Notes: generated by a model not told the origin, from the sequence alone. DNA of 64,000 bases from Thermodesulfobacteriota bacterium (GCA_965216785.1 OZ244197.1:1280001-1344000); one strand, 5' to 3'; counted from the stretch's first letter, positions 48,437 through 58,002 are shown. Translations and numbers: made by a program.

Positions 48437-50038
48437 ATGATGAGTAGCAATATATCTACAGATAAAGAATCCCTACAGCTATTTACATCTGATGGGGAAT
48501 TCTCTGATGAATCTGTGAAATTGCTGATTGAAAAAACTATTTCTGTTACAGGTAAAGACTTTTTTAAAATTCTTGTGAAAAACCTCTCAGAAGTATTGGG
48601 AGTGAATTACGTCTTTGTATCAAAATGTCTAAATTTGGAAAAAACAAGAGTAAAAACTCTGGCTTTTTGGGAAAATAACAAATTTGGTAAAGAGTTGGAG
48701 TATGACCTTGAGGGTACCCCTTGTCGGAATGTTATATCAGGTAAGTTTTGTTGTCATGATGATAATGTCATAAGTTTATATCCTAATGATAAGGATTTAA
48801 TCTATTATAATGCTAAATGTTATTTAGGTATCCCCATTTATAATTCAAAAAGTTTAGTCGAAGGACACTTGGCTATATTTCACGATGAATCTTTTAAAGA
48901 TATCTCCAGATATTATTCGATTTTGCAAATTTTTGCTCTAAGAGCTGGTGCTGAAATGGAAAGAATTGAAATAGAAAACTCATTAAACCAGAGCCATGCT
49001 AAATTGGGAAAAGCATTTGAGGAAATTGAAAAACTAAAAGACCAGCTTGAAATGGAAAATCAATCTCTTCAAGAAGAGATAAAGGAATCCCATAACTATG
49101 AAGAGATAATAGGCGATAGTAAGGTTCTAAAAAATGTTTTAAGCAAAGTTGAACTGGTATCTGATACAGATTCCACAGTGTTAATCAGAGGAGATACCGG
49201 AACAGGAAAGGAGCGTATTGCAAGGGCTATTCATAATCTGAGTTCGAGAAGTAAAAGAGCTTTAATCAAAGTTAATTGCCCCGCTATCCCATCAGCACTA
49301 ATTGAAAGTGAATTATTCGGACACGAAAAGGGGGCATTTACAGGAGCACTTGCTAAGAAAATTGGAAAATTTGAGTTAGCTGATGGCGGTTCCATATTTC
49401 TTGATGAGTTAGGAGATCTTCCGCTCGATGCCCAAGCAAAACTGCTTAGAGTACTTCAGGAAAGGGAATTTGAAAGGGTTGGAGGCACTGAAACACTAAA
49501 TGTGGATGTCCGGATTATCGCTGCAACTAATAGGGATTTAGAGACTGCCGTAAAGGACGGGACGTTTCGAGCGGATCTGTATTACAGATTAAATGTGTTC
49601 CCGATAGATGTTCCTCGACTCGAAGAACGCAAGGAAGATATCCAACTGCTCGCTACGTATTTCACACAGAAATATGCACGTAAAATTGGTAGAAAGGTAA
49701 AGTCAATAAAAGAAAAGGATATCAAGAGGTTGAAGTCTTATTCATGGCCCGGAAATATAAGGGAATTGGAAAACATAATTGAAAGAGCTGTCATTCTTTC
49801 AAAGGGTCAAAACCTTGAGATAAGCGAAGACTTCTTTAGTGCCTTATCAGATGCGCCCGGTTTAGAAGCAAGGAGTTTGAAATTGGATGACAATGAGCGA
49901 AATCATATTATCAACATTCTAAACAAAACCAAGTGGCGTATTCATGGGGATAAGGGAGCAGCAAAAATATTGGGCATAAACCCAAATACCCTAAGAAGCC
50001 GTATTGTAAAATTAGGGATCAAAAAAGAAGAATTATAG
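48437..50038 (+). CDS. GAF-domain sigma54 activator (FhlA/HyfR-like)
   Basis: GAF (YDLEGTPC), GDTGTGKE, GAFTGA, WPGNIREL, HTH. Confidence 0.92.
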   Translation: MMSSNISTDKESLQLFTSDGEFSDESVKLLIEKTISVTGKDFFKILVKNLSEVLGVNYVFVSKCLNLEKTRVKTLAFWENNKFGKELEYDLEGTPCRNVISGKFCCHDDNVISLYPNDKDLIYYNAKCYLGIPIYNSKSLVEGHLAIFHDESFKDISRYYSILQIFALRAGAEMERIEIENSLNQSHAKLGKAFEEIEKLKDQLEMENQSLQEEIKESHNYEEIIGDSKVLKNVLSKVELVSDTDSTVLIRGDTGTGKERIARAIHNLSSRSKRALIKVNCPAIPSALIESELFGHEKGAFTGALAKKIGKFELADGGSIFLDELGDLPLDAQAKLLRVLQEREFERVGGTETLNVDVRIIAATNRDLETAVKDGTFRADLYYRLNVFPIDVPRLEERKEDIQLLATYFTQKYARKIGRKVKSIKEKDIKRLKSYSWPGNIRELENIIERAVILSKGQNLEISEDFFSALSDAPGLEARSLKLDDNERNHIINILNKTKWRIHGDKGAAKILGINPNTLRSRIVKLGIKKEEL

Positions 50039-50256
50039 ATCTATTTGAAACCAAATATTCTGATATCTCAATGTACTAAGAACTTTCATGTTTGTATCCG
50101 TATTTCTGATTCTTAATAGATTAAAGCACTTGTATAAAGGGTAAAGCCGGAAAAGATAGAAAAACTCCTAGTAATGATATATTATATAAGACCCTAAAAA
50201 TCAAATTCAGAGATTTTAGTTAGCTGCGCAGTTAACCTATCTAAAAAAGTCAACAA

Positions 50257-50340
50257 GGGCGGGTGGTGAAATTGGCAGACACGACGGCCTCAAAAGCCGT
50301 TGGACTCACGTCCGTGGGGGTTCGAGTCCCCCCCCGCCCA
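50257..50340 (+). tRNA. tRNA-Leu(CAA), intact, CCA not encoded
   Basis: GGGCGGG/CCCGCCC acceptor, ACGGC-CTCAAAA-GCCGT anticodon arm, long variable arm, GGGGG-TTCGAGT-CCCCC. Confidence 0.95.
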
Positions 50341-50390
50341 GATTCAAACATGATTCGTGATATAAAATACATTATACAGAATTAAAAGGC

Positions 50391-50457
50391 TGGATCCTGA
50401 AACAAGTTCAGGGTGATAGTATATATGGATAGGTTCCGGGTCGGAGTCCGGAATGAC
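50391..50457. repeat. Two REP-like palindromes
   Basis: GGATCCTGAAACAAGTTCAGGGTGA and TTCCGGGTCGGAGTCCGGAATGAC. Confidence 0.6.
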
Positions 50458-50463
50458 AAACAA

Positions 50464-50487
50464 AAAAGGGAACCGAAGCTCCCTTTT
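50464..50487 (-). terminator. IPTL-associated terminator
   Basis: AAAAGGGAACCGAAGCTCCCTTTT. Confidence 0.8.
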
Positions 50488-50519
50488 AGTGTTCTGAATG
50501 ATTTGGATTTAAATTCTGT

Positions 50520-51008
50520 TTAAGCGGTTACTTGCCTGCGGCGTATTACGAAATAGCCTACTACACCAAAGCCCAGAACCAGTGCTATAGCCCCCCACTC
50601 TGAAAGCGTCGGAATCGTCTCTGTTCTGGAATTTATAAAAGTACAAGTAGCATTAGCATTTCCATCGCACGCGATAGTAACTCCTGAATTGACAATGGTA
50701 GTAGTTACATCATCTTCTTCCCCAAACTCGCAGTCTATGTCTCTGAGCACCCATCCGTCAACGGCTCCCTGCGTGACCGTTACGGTTTCGTTAATCAGTA
50801 AGAATGCCTTACCTATGCCAAGCGGTTGAAGAGTGAACTCTTCTGTAACAGCACCCGTAACTGTGAACGGGAACTCCGTTTCACTCTCGGGTATGGTTTC
50901 TACATCTAATAAGATAGCACAACCCTGAGCCTTTACGTCAGCGCTAAATAGGAGCGCGCCGGATGACGCAATAACAGCTACAAACAAAATACTTATTATA
51001 TATCTCAT
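50520..51008 (-). CDS. IPTL-CTERM protein with Ig/prealbumin-like domain
   Basis: Signal peptide; GWVLRDIDC...CTFIN; IPTLSEWGAIALVLGFGVVGYFVIRRRQVTA. Confidence 0.85.
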   Translation of the reverse strand: MRYIISILFVAVIASSGALLFSADVKAQGCAILLDVETIPESETEFPFTVTGAVTEEFTLQPLGIGKAFLLINETVTVTQGAVDGWVLRDIDCEFGEEDDVTTTIVNSGVTIACDGNANATCTFINSRTETIPTLSEWGAIALVLGFGVVGYFVIRRRQVTA

Positions 51009-51099
51009 AGTACCCTCCTTTATTTTATTGCACTCTATTATAACACGGCTTTACATAATCAAAATTCTTGTAACCTCGGCTAACAAGGCTATATGATAA

Positions 51100-51120
51100 A
51101 AAAGGGAGCCGAAGCTCCCT
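51100..51120 (-). terminator. Orphan IPTL-type terminator
   Basis: AAAAGGGAGCCGAAGCTCCCT with no IPTL gene upstream on the minus strand. Confidence 0.7.
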
Positions 51121-51239
51121 GTATGTTTTAATTTCCCTATTGCAATATTCTTCTCTCTGTAGTATTTATAATCAATACCAATATTCATTAGAAGCAGAGA
51201 AGGCGGGTAAGAGAAATAAAGTCTAAAGGGGGACTCACT

Positions 51240-52148
51240 GTGAGAGCCATATTCTCTAAACAACGCGCCAATATTTCTCTTGGAATCTTAGGTGTTTTCT
51301 TAACTTCATTATTCATACTTTCAGTCTGCTACCAACAAACAGCAACTGTCCACGCACAGCCAAATGAACAAACGGACATTTGCGTTTTACAGCAGAACGC
51401 TCAAAGCCCAATTTGGGTTAAAGACGCTACACCGATGAAAAAAGTGGCCGTGCTGACTGGACTCATTAAGGGCCGGGACACCCTTAAGGGCGGGAAGTGC
51501 GCCGGGACTGAGGTTGGTATCAACCCCCACAGAAAGATCATAACCCTGGTAATGAATGAGGAGGGCGAAAAAAAGGGAGAGATATATATTCCGCCAACAT
51601 CGGCATACAGTGGATTCATGCAGATGGTTGACCTGGCGAGCTGTGAGGCAGGGGATATAAAAAATATTATATATACCGACACTAAGCCTGGGGATAGCTG
51701 TGTTTATTCATTCCCCGGCATCGAAGATGTGGAAATGACGTTTTCCGGCCAAGTTTCCGCCACCGGCACAGTATTCCAAAGCAAGCCTTTCTGCGCAAGC
51801 GCGCTGAACATAAGTGGAGATGCCGCCATCACGATCTCTGGTGGAGAAGCCCAAGTTGTACAAAACCTTACCAGAGTATTCGGAACACCAGGAGACGGCT
51901 GCTACGCGGGATTTACCGATAATTTCCAAAGTACCTACAGTCTCAATGTTGAAAAAGTAAAAGGGTCTGTAAGTACAAAAGGAGTTTTAAAGGGTCCTGA
52001 TGATACGTATAGTTGGTCGTTGACCGGTGATGAACAAAGCCTGTCGGGGTCCTTTGTCAATGACCACCATTATTGCTGCGGGAGGGGCAATCATACCGGG
52101 ACCGCTACGGGAGATGTTACATTGCCCAGACAAAACCAGGGCGAGTAA
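51240..52148 (+). CDS. Secreted Cys-rich hypothetical protein
   Basis: Signal peptide; beta-rich; HHYCCGRGNH near C-terminus. Confidence 0.7.
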   Translation: MRAIFSKQRANISLGILGVFLTSLFILSVCYQQTATVHAQPNEQTDICVLQQNAQSPIWVKDATPMKKVAVLTGLIKGRDTLKGGKCAGTEVGINPHRKIITLVMNEEGEKKGEIYIPPTSAYSGFMQMVDLASCEAGDIKNIIYTDTKPGDSCVYSFPGIEDVEMTFSGQVSATGTVFQSKPFCASALNISGDAAITISGGEAQVVQNLTRVFGTPGDGCYAGFTDNFQSTYSLNVEKVKGSVSTKGVLKGPDDTYSWSLTGDEQSLSGSFVNDHHYCCGRGNHTGTATGDVTLPRQNQGE

Positions 52149-52192
52149 GCCTGTCTAAAATCTGTCTTATACGCACATAGAAAAGAAATAAA

Positions 52193-52214
52193 AAAGGGAG
52201 CCGAAGCTCCCTTT
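52193..52214 (-). terminator. IPTL-associated (bidirectional) terminator
   Basis: AAAGGGAGCCGAAGCTCCCTTT. Confidence 0.8.
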
Positions 52215-52237
52215 GTGTATTGTTGTTGAGTTTCTAG

Positions 52238-53182
52238 TTAAGCTGTTGCTTTCTTTCTGCGGATCGCCATAACCCCAACGATTCCAAGAATACCGGCCAT
52301 TGCGATAAGACCCCACTCGGACAGGGTTGGGATGTTTCTTGCTATAGTTGCCACACCGCAATCAAAAGCCAATCCCTTAGCTTCATGGTCCATTTCACCA
52401 ATGAATGTGAAAATACCATCTGTAGTTATAGAGTGTAGTGCGTTTGGGATGCCAGCCGACTCTCTTTCTCTCTGGGATGAGAGCAAGATATTTCCAGACT
52501 GATGCACAAGAGCGAGCTGCTCAAATAAAGTAGAAGTGTCTCCTGATAGGTTAATCTGATTAACATCCATATTAAGTGGATTTATAGACTCAAAAATCCA
52601 ATCTACGTTTAATACATCGCCAGAACCTGACATCCTATATAAAAGTCCGTCATTGGGATTGAATGCTAAGGTTTCACCTGGATCATCATCGTTATCTAGA
52701 TTCTGAACAAATGTAGACGATCCATTTTGTTTGCTAAGTATCACAAGTTTTGGTATGAATGCATCATCTCCATCACCAGTAATACCGTATAGAGTGTCCC
52801 CGGTTTTATTAAAAGCTAAGCCCGCAATACGCTCCCCTGTATTTCCAACCAGAGTGGCGACCCCCGTATTATGATCTATTGTCGCCAAAAGTCTTTGAGC
52901 ATTTCCGCCGGTACCATCCCCACCTGAACCCGGTGTTGAAAATGCAATCCAGCACACACCGGTGAACGGGTCTTTTGCCAGTCCGTTACAACCCCTTATA
53001 TTTACTCCTGGTAGGATTATAGGGGTTGTTGTTAGCGTAGCTCCTGTATCGGGATCGATGGTATGAAGCAATGGTAAACCATTTGGCGACTCGCAAGAAT
53101 ATAAAGTTTGTGCATACGATGTGCCATATGAAAGTAAAAATAGAGTAATGATATAAAATGATAGTTTTAATAATTTCATCAT
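52238..53182 (-). CDS. IPTL-CTERM beta-propeller-like surface protein
   Basis: SD AAGGAG; GLAKDP/GLAFN/LAFNP blades; IPTLSEWGLIAMAGILGIVGVMAIRRKKATA. Confidence 0.87.
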   Translation of the reverse strand: MMKLLKLSFYIITLFLLSYGTSYAQTLYSCESPNGLPLLHTIDPDTGATLTTTPIILPGVNIRGCNGLAKDPFTGVCWIAFSTPGSGGDGTGGNAQRLLATIDHNTGVATLVGNTGERIAGLAFNKTGDTLYGITGDGDDAFIPKLVILSKQNGSSTFVQNLDNDDDPGETLAFNPNDGLLYRMSGSGDVLNVDWIFESINPLNMDVNQINLSGDTSTLFEQLALVHQSGNILLSSQRERESAGIPNALHSITTDGIFTFIGEMDHEAKGLAFDCGVATIARNIPTLSEWGLIAMAGILGIVGVMAIRRKKATA

Positions 53183-53544
53183 CCACTCTCCTTTAGAAAA
53201 CAATTATTCTTAGTTCTTAAAATAACACATATACAGAGAGATTTTCAACACTCGACGAAAATCCGTCTCAATCGCACACAGATGATACTTATAGCGTACG
53301 TAGGCATGGGGCCTGCTCAGTACCCCAGAAGTGTGCAGGCTTGCAGATTCCCCACCCAGACTTCAGAGTTTTCATTACCGTAATAAACCGCTCAAAGATA
53401 TTCGGGCTGCTGTAAACATTGTATCTTTTTCCGCAACTTTTTTAGTGGCGAATTTAGGAATTACTAAGTATTTTTGATATGAGTTTCTATTAAACCACAT
53501 GGCGGCAGTGAGTAGATAATCTACAAATAATAGGAGGGATAACG

Positions 53545-53943
53545 ATGACAAGAGAAGAGGCGGTGACTTTTCTTGATAAGATGTTTCAGGAAGTATTCAC
53601 AGAGTCCGGTAAGCCTGAATACGCCGACCGTTACTTCAGCCAAGACTATCGGGCCGAAAGTAATTGCAACTTCCTTGACCGTAAGATGTTCGACGACCAC
53701 GTCTTGGCACTACAGAAAGATATTCGCGTGCTTGAATGTGCGTACGGTGACGTAATTACAACACCAGACCGCATTGCGGCAGTGCTGACATTTACAGTTC
53801 ATAAAACGGACGGGAAAACGGCTAAAGTCCGCTCACACGCGTTCTATAGTCTAGAAGACGGGAAGATTGCCAGGTTGCAAGAGCTTACGCACGTAATAGA
53901 GGGCGGAAGCGAAGACACGGACATAGCTTCACGTACCTCATGA
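53545..53943 (+). CDS. SnoaL/NTF2-like protein
   Basis: RYFSQDY, EDGKIARLQELT. Confidence 0.75.
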   Translation: MTREEAVTFLDKMFQEVFTESGKPEYADRYFSQDYRAESNCNFLDRKMFDDHVLALQKDIRVLECAYGDVITTPDRIAAVLTFTVHKTDGKTAKVRSHAFYSLEDGKIARLQELTHVIEGGSEDTDIASRTS

Positions 53944-54007
53944 CCTAGGCGCATAAAACGAAGAAGGGTGCTGCCTGCTTAATTGTGTAAAAGATTATGC
54001 CTGATCT

Positions 54008-54487
54008 TTATGATGCTTCTGGCTCTTTATCCTTTTCCCTTTGTATTTCCGGTTCCTGGTTGGGGTTATCGTCTGCTTCTTGTATACTGCCCACGTAGGT
54101 GTAGATCATCGGGTCCTGGCCTTCCTTGGACCATATAAATGTCCCAGTGATGTTGTCACCTTTGACAGCTCCTTCCCATTCTGCTTTTCCCTCTTTCTCG
54201 CTGGTGAGAGTGGATTTGAACAATGTAGCTCCGCCTTTTGACTTTGATTCATACTTAGCGGGTGTAAAGCCGTATTGTTCGCAGTCTGAAGACATGAATT
54301 TCCCATCTTGAAAAGTTAGGCTGTCGTCCATGGGCTCACCGTCTTTATTGTGCTCTGAAATTTTGACTGAAAATGTCTTTCCATCCAGAGAGTCGCCTGC
54401 GGACGCGGTGTTCTGGCCCGCGCCGATTACAGATAGGCTTAAGCCAAGGACAAAAAGGTATACTGCTGAAATTAGTATAAATCTCAT
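54008..54487 (-). CDS. Secreted hypothetical protein
   Basis: Signal peptide; LDGKTF, DSLTFQDGKFMSSDCEQYGF. Confidence 0.75.
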   Translation of the reverse strand: MRFILISAVYLFVLGLSLSVIGAGQNTASAGDSLDGKTFSVKISEHNKDGEPMDDSLTFQDGKFMSSDCEQYGFTPAKYESKSKGGATLFKSTLTSEKEGKAEWEGAVKGDNITGTFIWSKEGQDPMIYTYVGSIQEADDNPNQEPEIQREKDKEPEAS

Positions 54488-54575
54488 AGTTTCCCTCCAA
54501 CTAACCTGTATTTTGACTGTAAAGTGATTCTACTAGAGTTTGCGGAGCAGTGTCAAGGAGGTAGTGCTTAAATAA

Positions 54576-54597
54576 AAAGGGAGCCGTAGCTCCCTTT
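54576..54597 (-). terminator. IPTL-associated terminator
   Basis: AAAGGGAGCCGTAGCTCCCTTT. Confidence 0.8.
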
Positions 54598-54620
54598 GTA
54601 TATTGTTATCTAGTTTCTGG

Positions 54621-55316
54621 TTAAGCGATTGCTTTCTTTCTTCGTATTGCAAAGAGGCCGATTATACCTAATACTCCCGCCATCGCGATAAGCCCCCATT
54701 CCGATAGGGTGGGGATAGGTCTGGCTGCTATAGTACCAGGAACATAAACAATACGCTCATATTGGCCCGTATTATTCAGGTCTTCTGTCGCACCGCATCG
54801 ATACCCGCCAACATCATCCTGTAAGTGCCAGCACAGCCTTTGATCGTTAGCGCCGCTTGTATCAATATCGCAATTGAATTTTTGTACAGTATCCCCTGCT
54901 CTCACAAACCCCCACGCGTTTTCGCCAGATTCAGAAGCATCACCGCCTGCGAAATTAAAATACCAACCAACACCATTGGCTATATGCGTTATGTTACTAT
55001 TGGCACCCGTATCATTAGTAACATCACTTCGCTCACCTTGGGCAAGCAGGGTCAGGGTAGAGCTTCCCCTAACTCTACAGGCCAGCATCAATCTATCACC
55101 AGTGCATTGAGAAAGAACTACGTCAGGGTTTAAAAATCGATTGCCATAGGCATCCCTGTAACACTCAGTCCATCCGCCTGTGATTACTTCTTCGACTGCC
55201 ACATTTGTCTGCGGTCCAACAGGTAGATAGTCTTGAGCGTTTGCTTTAAGGTTTAAAAAGGTGAGAGTCACCAACAGAAAAAGTAATAACTGTAAACTTT
55301 TGATAGTATATTTCAT
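54621..55316 (-). CDS. IPTL-CTERM protein with Cys/Trp-rich domain
   Basis: SD AGGAGG; PVGPQTNV...GWTECY...RLCWH...GYRCG; IPTLSEWGLIAMAGVLGIIGLFAIRRKKAIA. Confidence 0.87.
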   Translation of the reverse strand: MKYTIKSLQLLLFLLVTLTFLNLKANAQDYLPVGPQTNVAVEEVITGGWTECYRDAYGNRFLNPDVVLSQCTGDRLMLACRVRGSSTLTLLAQGERSDVTNDTGANSNITHIANGVGWYFNFAGGDASESGENAWGFVRAGDTVQKFNCDIDTSGANDQRLCWHLQDDVGGYRCGATEDLNNTGQYERIVYVPGTIAARPIPTLSEWGLIAMAGVLGIIGLFAIRRKKAIA

Positions 55317-55491
55317 TTCCATCCTCCTAAAGATTCTCAATTGCTATTTGATGATTATAATTCAAACATGAATTTTTTACAATACACCCGAAAAACCAAG
55401 TCTCATCGTATTGTGAAAGAGACTCTATGTGTAAGTGATCTGGTTATTATTATGTTAAATTTTAGTAATAAGAAATCCTAAAACTCGGATT

Positions 55492-55905
55492 ATGGGAAAT
55501 AGAATGCTAATGGCGTCAACATGGTTTCTGAGGATCGCGCTTGCGGCGGCGTTCCTGTCAGCGGTGGCGGATAGGTTTGGTCTGTGGGGAGGGCCGGGGG
55601 CTGACGGTATCGCTTGGGGGGACTGGTATTATTTCCTTCTGTATTCTGAGGAGCTGACGGGGTTTCTTCCCTCTTTTATGCAAGAGCCGGCAGCCTGGGT
55701 CGCGACAGTAGCAGAGGTCGTGCTGGGCATCGGGCTTCTGATAGGCTGGAAGCTCCGCTACTTTGCAGCGGCGAGCGGAGTGCTGCTGCTCATATTCGCG
55801 CTTTCCATGACTCTTGCCTTCGGTATTAAGTCGCCGCTTGATTATTCCGTGTTCACTGCCTCGGCGGGTTCGTTCCTCTTGGCGGCTATTCCTGACGCTC
55901 CGTAG
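55492..55905 (+). CDS. DoxX-family membrane protein
   Basis: RIALAAAFLSAVADRFGLWG, EVVLG, KSPLDYSVF. Confidence 0.85.
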   Translation: MGNRMLMASTWFLRIALAAAFLSAVADRFGLWGGPGADGIAWGDWYYFLLYSEELTGFLPSFMQEPAAWVATVAEVVLGIGLLIGWKLRYFAAASGVLLLIFALSMTLAFGIKSPLDYSVFTASAGSFLLAAIPDAP

Positions 55906-55986
55906 CTGAAACGGGTTGCATTTAATCACCCAATATATTAAACATATTATAGAGTCTGATTTGTGTTGGGTGCGGAGGGAAATCGT

Positions 55987-56448
55987 ATGACTCAGAATAG
56001 TAATGAGTTATCTATAAACCACTCACCTTGGGAGCGGATGTCTCCATCAACGAGAAAGAGGCTCGTTTGGAGTCTATGGTTTATAACGTGGCTTGGCTTG
56101 ATGGCGGGGTATTTTTACCGGAATTTCTATGATTATGTAGTGATTTTCAGCGCGTTTCACGTCTTGCTTTTCTTTTTCCTCTTTCAATATCAAGTAAAAC
56201 CGTTTCCCGTACAGTTAAGGCTCGTGTATCTTGTTTGGGTTATCATAGGAACGTACGTCCCGCATATGGTGATACTGATGTACATAACCACGATCGGGCT
56301 AGCTTCAAACCTATTTTTAAATTACTGTCCGCTTGCCAGGATGATGTACCTTCTGCCGTGGAACAGGGAAGAGCCTTTTTCTTTTAATCTTTTGATGCGG
56401 GTGATTCTTACCCCTCCGGTCCCGGGTCGTTTTAAGCCGGTGTCCTGA
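55987..56448 (+). CDS. Hypothetical membrane protein
   Basis: SD GGAGG; multi-TM; YCPLARMMYLLPWNR. Confidence 0.7.
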   Translation: MTQNSNELSINHSPWERMSPSTRKRLVWSLWFITWLGLMAGYFYRNFYDYVVIFSAFHVLLFFFLFQYQVKPFPVQLRLVYLVWVIIGTYVPHMVILMYITTIGLASNLFLNYCPLARMMYLLPWNREEPFSFNLLMRVILTPPVPGRFKPVS

Positions 56449-56545
56449 ATCCTTATCAAAATTTATCTATAGATAAAATGTCTGATCAATATTATTGTTC
56501 TCTTCTTGATATAAATCGGTCTATTCGTGTAGTATTGCTGAGATA

Positions 56546-57223
56546 ATGATACGATGGGAGAATCTGTTACCAGAGGATCTGTGCCGAGCGTTCAATCGGT
56601 ATCCTTATAAACTGCTCGTATTGTTAGTAGCCGCAGACTTTGTGTTTGTAGTATTGCATATACTGACCATAAACACGGATTTAATTCACCGTAAGTTGTT
56701 CTTAATTGGCAAAGACTACGGCTATGCCGAGGTATATCAGTACATAAAGGAGTTTTGGGTAGTGGTACTCCTGTTTTATCTTTTCGTTAGAAGGCCCTCT
56801 TATCTTCTTATATCCTGGTGTTTTGTGTTCAGTTATATATTCGTTGACGACGCATTCAGAGTGCATGAGCAGGTGGGCAGCTTCCTCACAGAATATTTCG
56901 GTTTCACAAGGGCTTTAGGTCTTCCGGGATATCAGTACGGTGAATTTGTCTTTGCGACTATTGTCGGCGCTGTGATATTGATAGTGCTCGGAGCATCATA
57001 TTTTCTGAGCGACAGAAAGCATAGGGGCGCGTCAAATAGCCTTTTATTTTTGTTAGCAGGGTTTTTCTTCTTCAGTTTCTTCATCGATTTTATACATGAA
57101 TTTTTTATGGATGCAGAGCTGGGGTGGGTATTCACAGCTATAGAGGACGGAGGCGAGATGGTGGTTATGAGCGTGGTTGCCTGGTACGTATTCTATTTGG
57201 AGCCGGAGGATATGGGTACCTGA
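56546..57223 (+). CDS. Hypothetical membrane protein
   Basis: Multi-TM; DDAFRVHE, EDGGEM. Confidence 0.75.
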   Translation: MIRWENLLPEDLCRAFNRYPYKLLVLLVAADFVFVVLHILTINTDLIHRKLFLIGKDYGYAEVYQYIKEFWVVVLLFYLFVRRPSYLLISWCFVFSYIFVDDAFRVHEQVGSFLTEYFGFTRALGLPGYQYGEFVFATIVGAVILIVLGASYFLSDRKHRGASNSLLFLLAGFFFFSFFIDFIHEFFMDAELGWVFTAIEDGGEMVVMSVVAWYVFYLEPEDMGT

Positions 57224-57289
57224 TCCGGTATAGGTCAGGGTCTCTTAAAGTTACCGGTACTGTAGCTGTATTGTTGCGCCAGCAAAAAC

Positions 57290-57820
57290 TTAATACTCTT
57301 CCGGGTCTAGCTTGAGCGCTTCGTTAAAGCGGTTGATCATGTTGTAGAGCGCCGCTATGGCTGTGATCTCGACTATCTGAGACTCGCTGAAATATTGTTT
57401 CAGGTCCTCGAACACTTCATCAGGGATGTCACCCGGGTTTACCGTAAGAGCTTCGGCGTATCTGAGCGCTGCCTTTTCGGACTCATCTATATTCGCTGTA
57501 ACAGGGTTATCCATTTCATCGATCTCTTCTTCTGAAAAACCCATCTTGGCGCTAATTTGCCTGTGAGCGTGTGAGCAGTAAGCAGAGCAGTTTATTCCCG
57601 AGACTCTGAGAATGATCCTCTCCTTGAGCTTGGGATCGAGCTCGTCGGGCTGCTGCACAGAGGCAACAAATGGCCCGATGGTCTTGAGTATATTGGGTTT
57701 ATGGGCGAGCGCCTTATAGATATTGGTGACCTTGCCCCTTTTTTCTATCATTCTCCCGTACGCTTCCTGAATGACGGGATTGTCGGACGCGCCTTCCTCT
57801 ATATATTTGACTCTTGCCAT
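57290..57820 (-). CDS. AhpD/carboxymuconolactone decarboxylase family protein
   Basis: ERIILRVSGINCSAYCSHAH; NMINRFN. Confidence 0.85.
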   Translation of the reverse strand: MARVKYIEEGASDNPVIQEAYGRMIEKRGKVTNIYKALAHKPNILKTIGPFVASVQQPDELDPKLKERIILRVSGINCSAYCSHAHRQISAKMGFSEEEIDEMDNPVTANIDESEKAALRYAEALTVNPGDIPDEVFEDLKQYFSESQIVEITAIAALYNMINRFNEALKLDPEEY

Positions 57821-57922
57821 TCTTAAACCTCCTCAAGTTGTGATAAATATGATTTTAATTCGGATGCGGTAATATGACAAGGGAGATAATCTGTTGCTTG
57901 GGTCATTCACAATGACGGCTTA

Positions 57923-57999
57923 TCACCCCCTCCTTAATCCTCCCCCGTCAAGGGGGAGGAAGTTATTGTATCACCCTTCGAGAGCCTCAGGGTGAGCGG
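57923..57999. repeat. Two REP-like palindromes
   Basis: TCCTCCCCCGTCAAGGGGGAGGA and TCACCCTTCGAGAGCCTCAGGGTGA. Confidence 0.65.
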
Positions 58000-58002
58000 G
58001 GA

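Larger units (their letters stand above)
42017..50320. mobile_element. Integrase-less island bounded by a 67-bp direct repeat of the tRNA-Leu 5' region
   Basis: 42017-42083 identical to 50254-50320. Confidence 0.75.
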
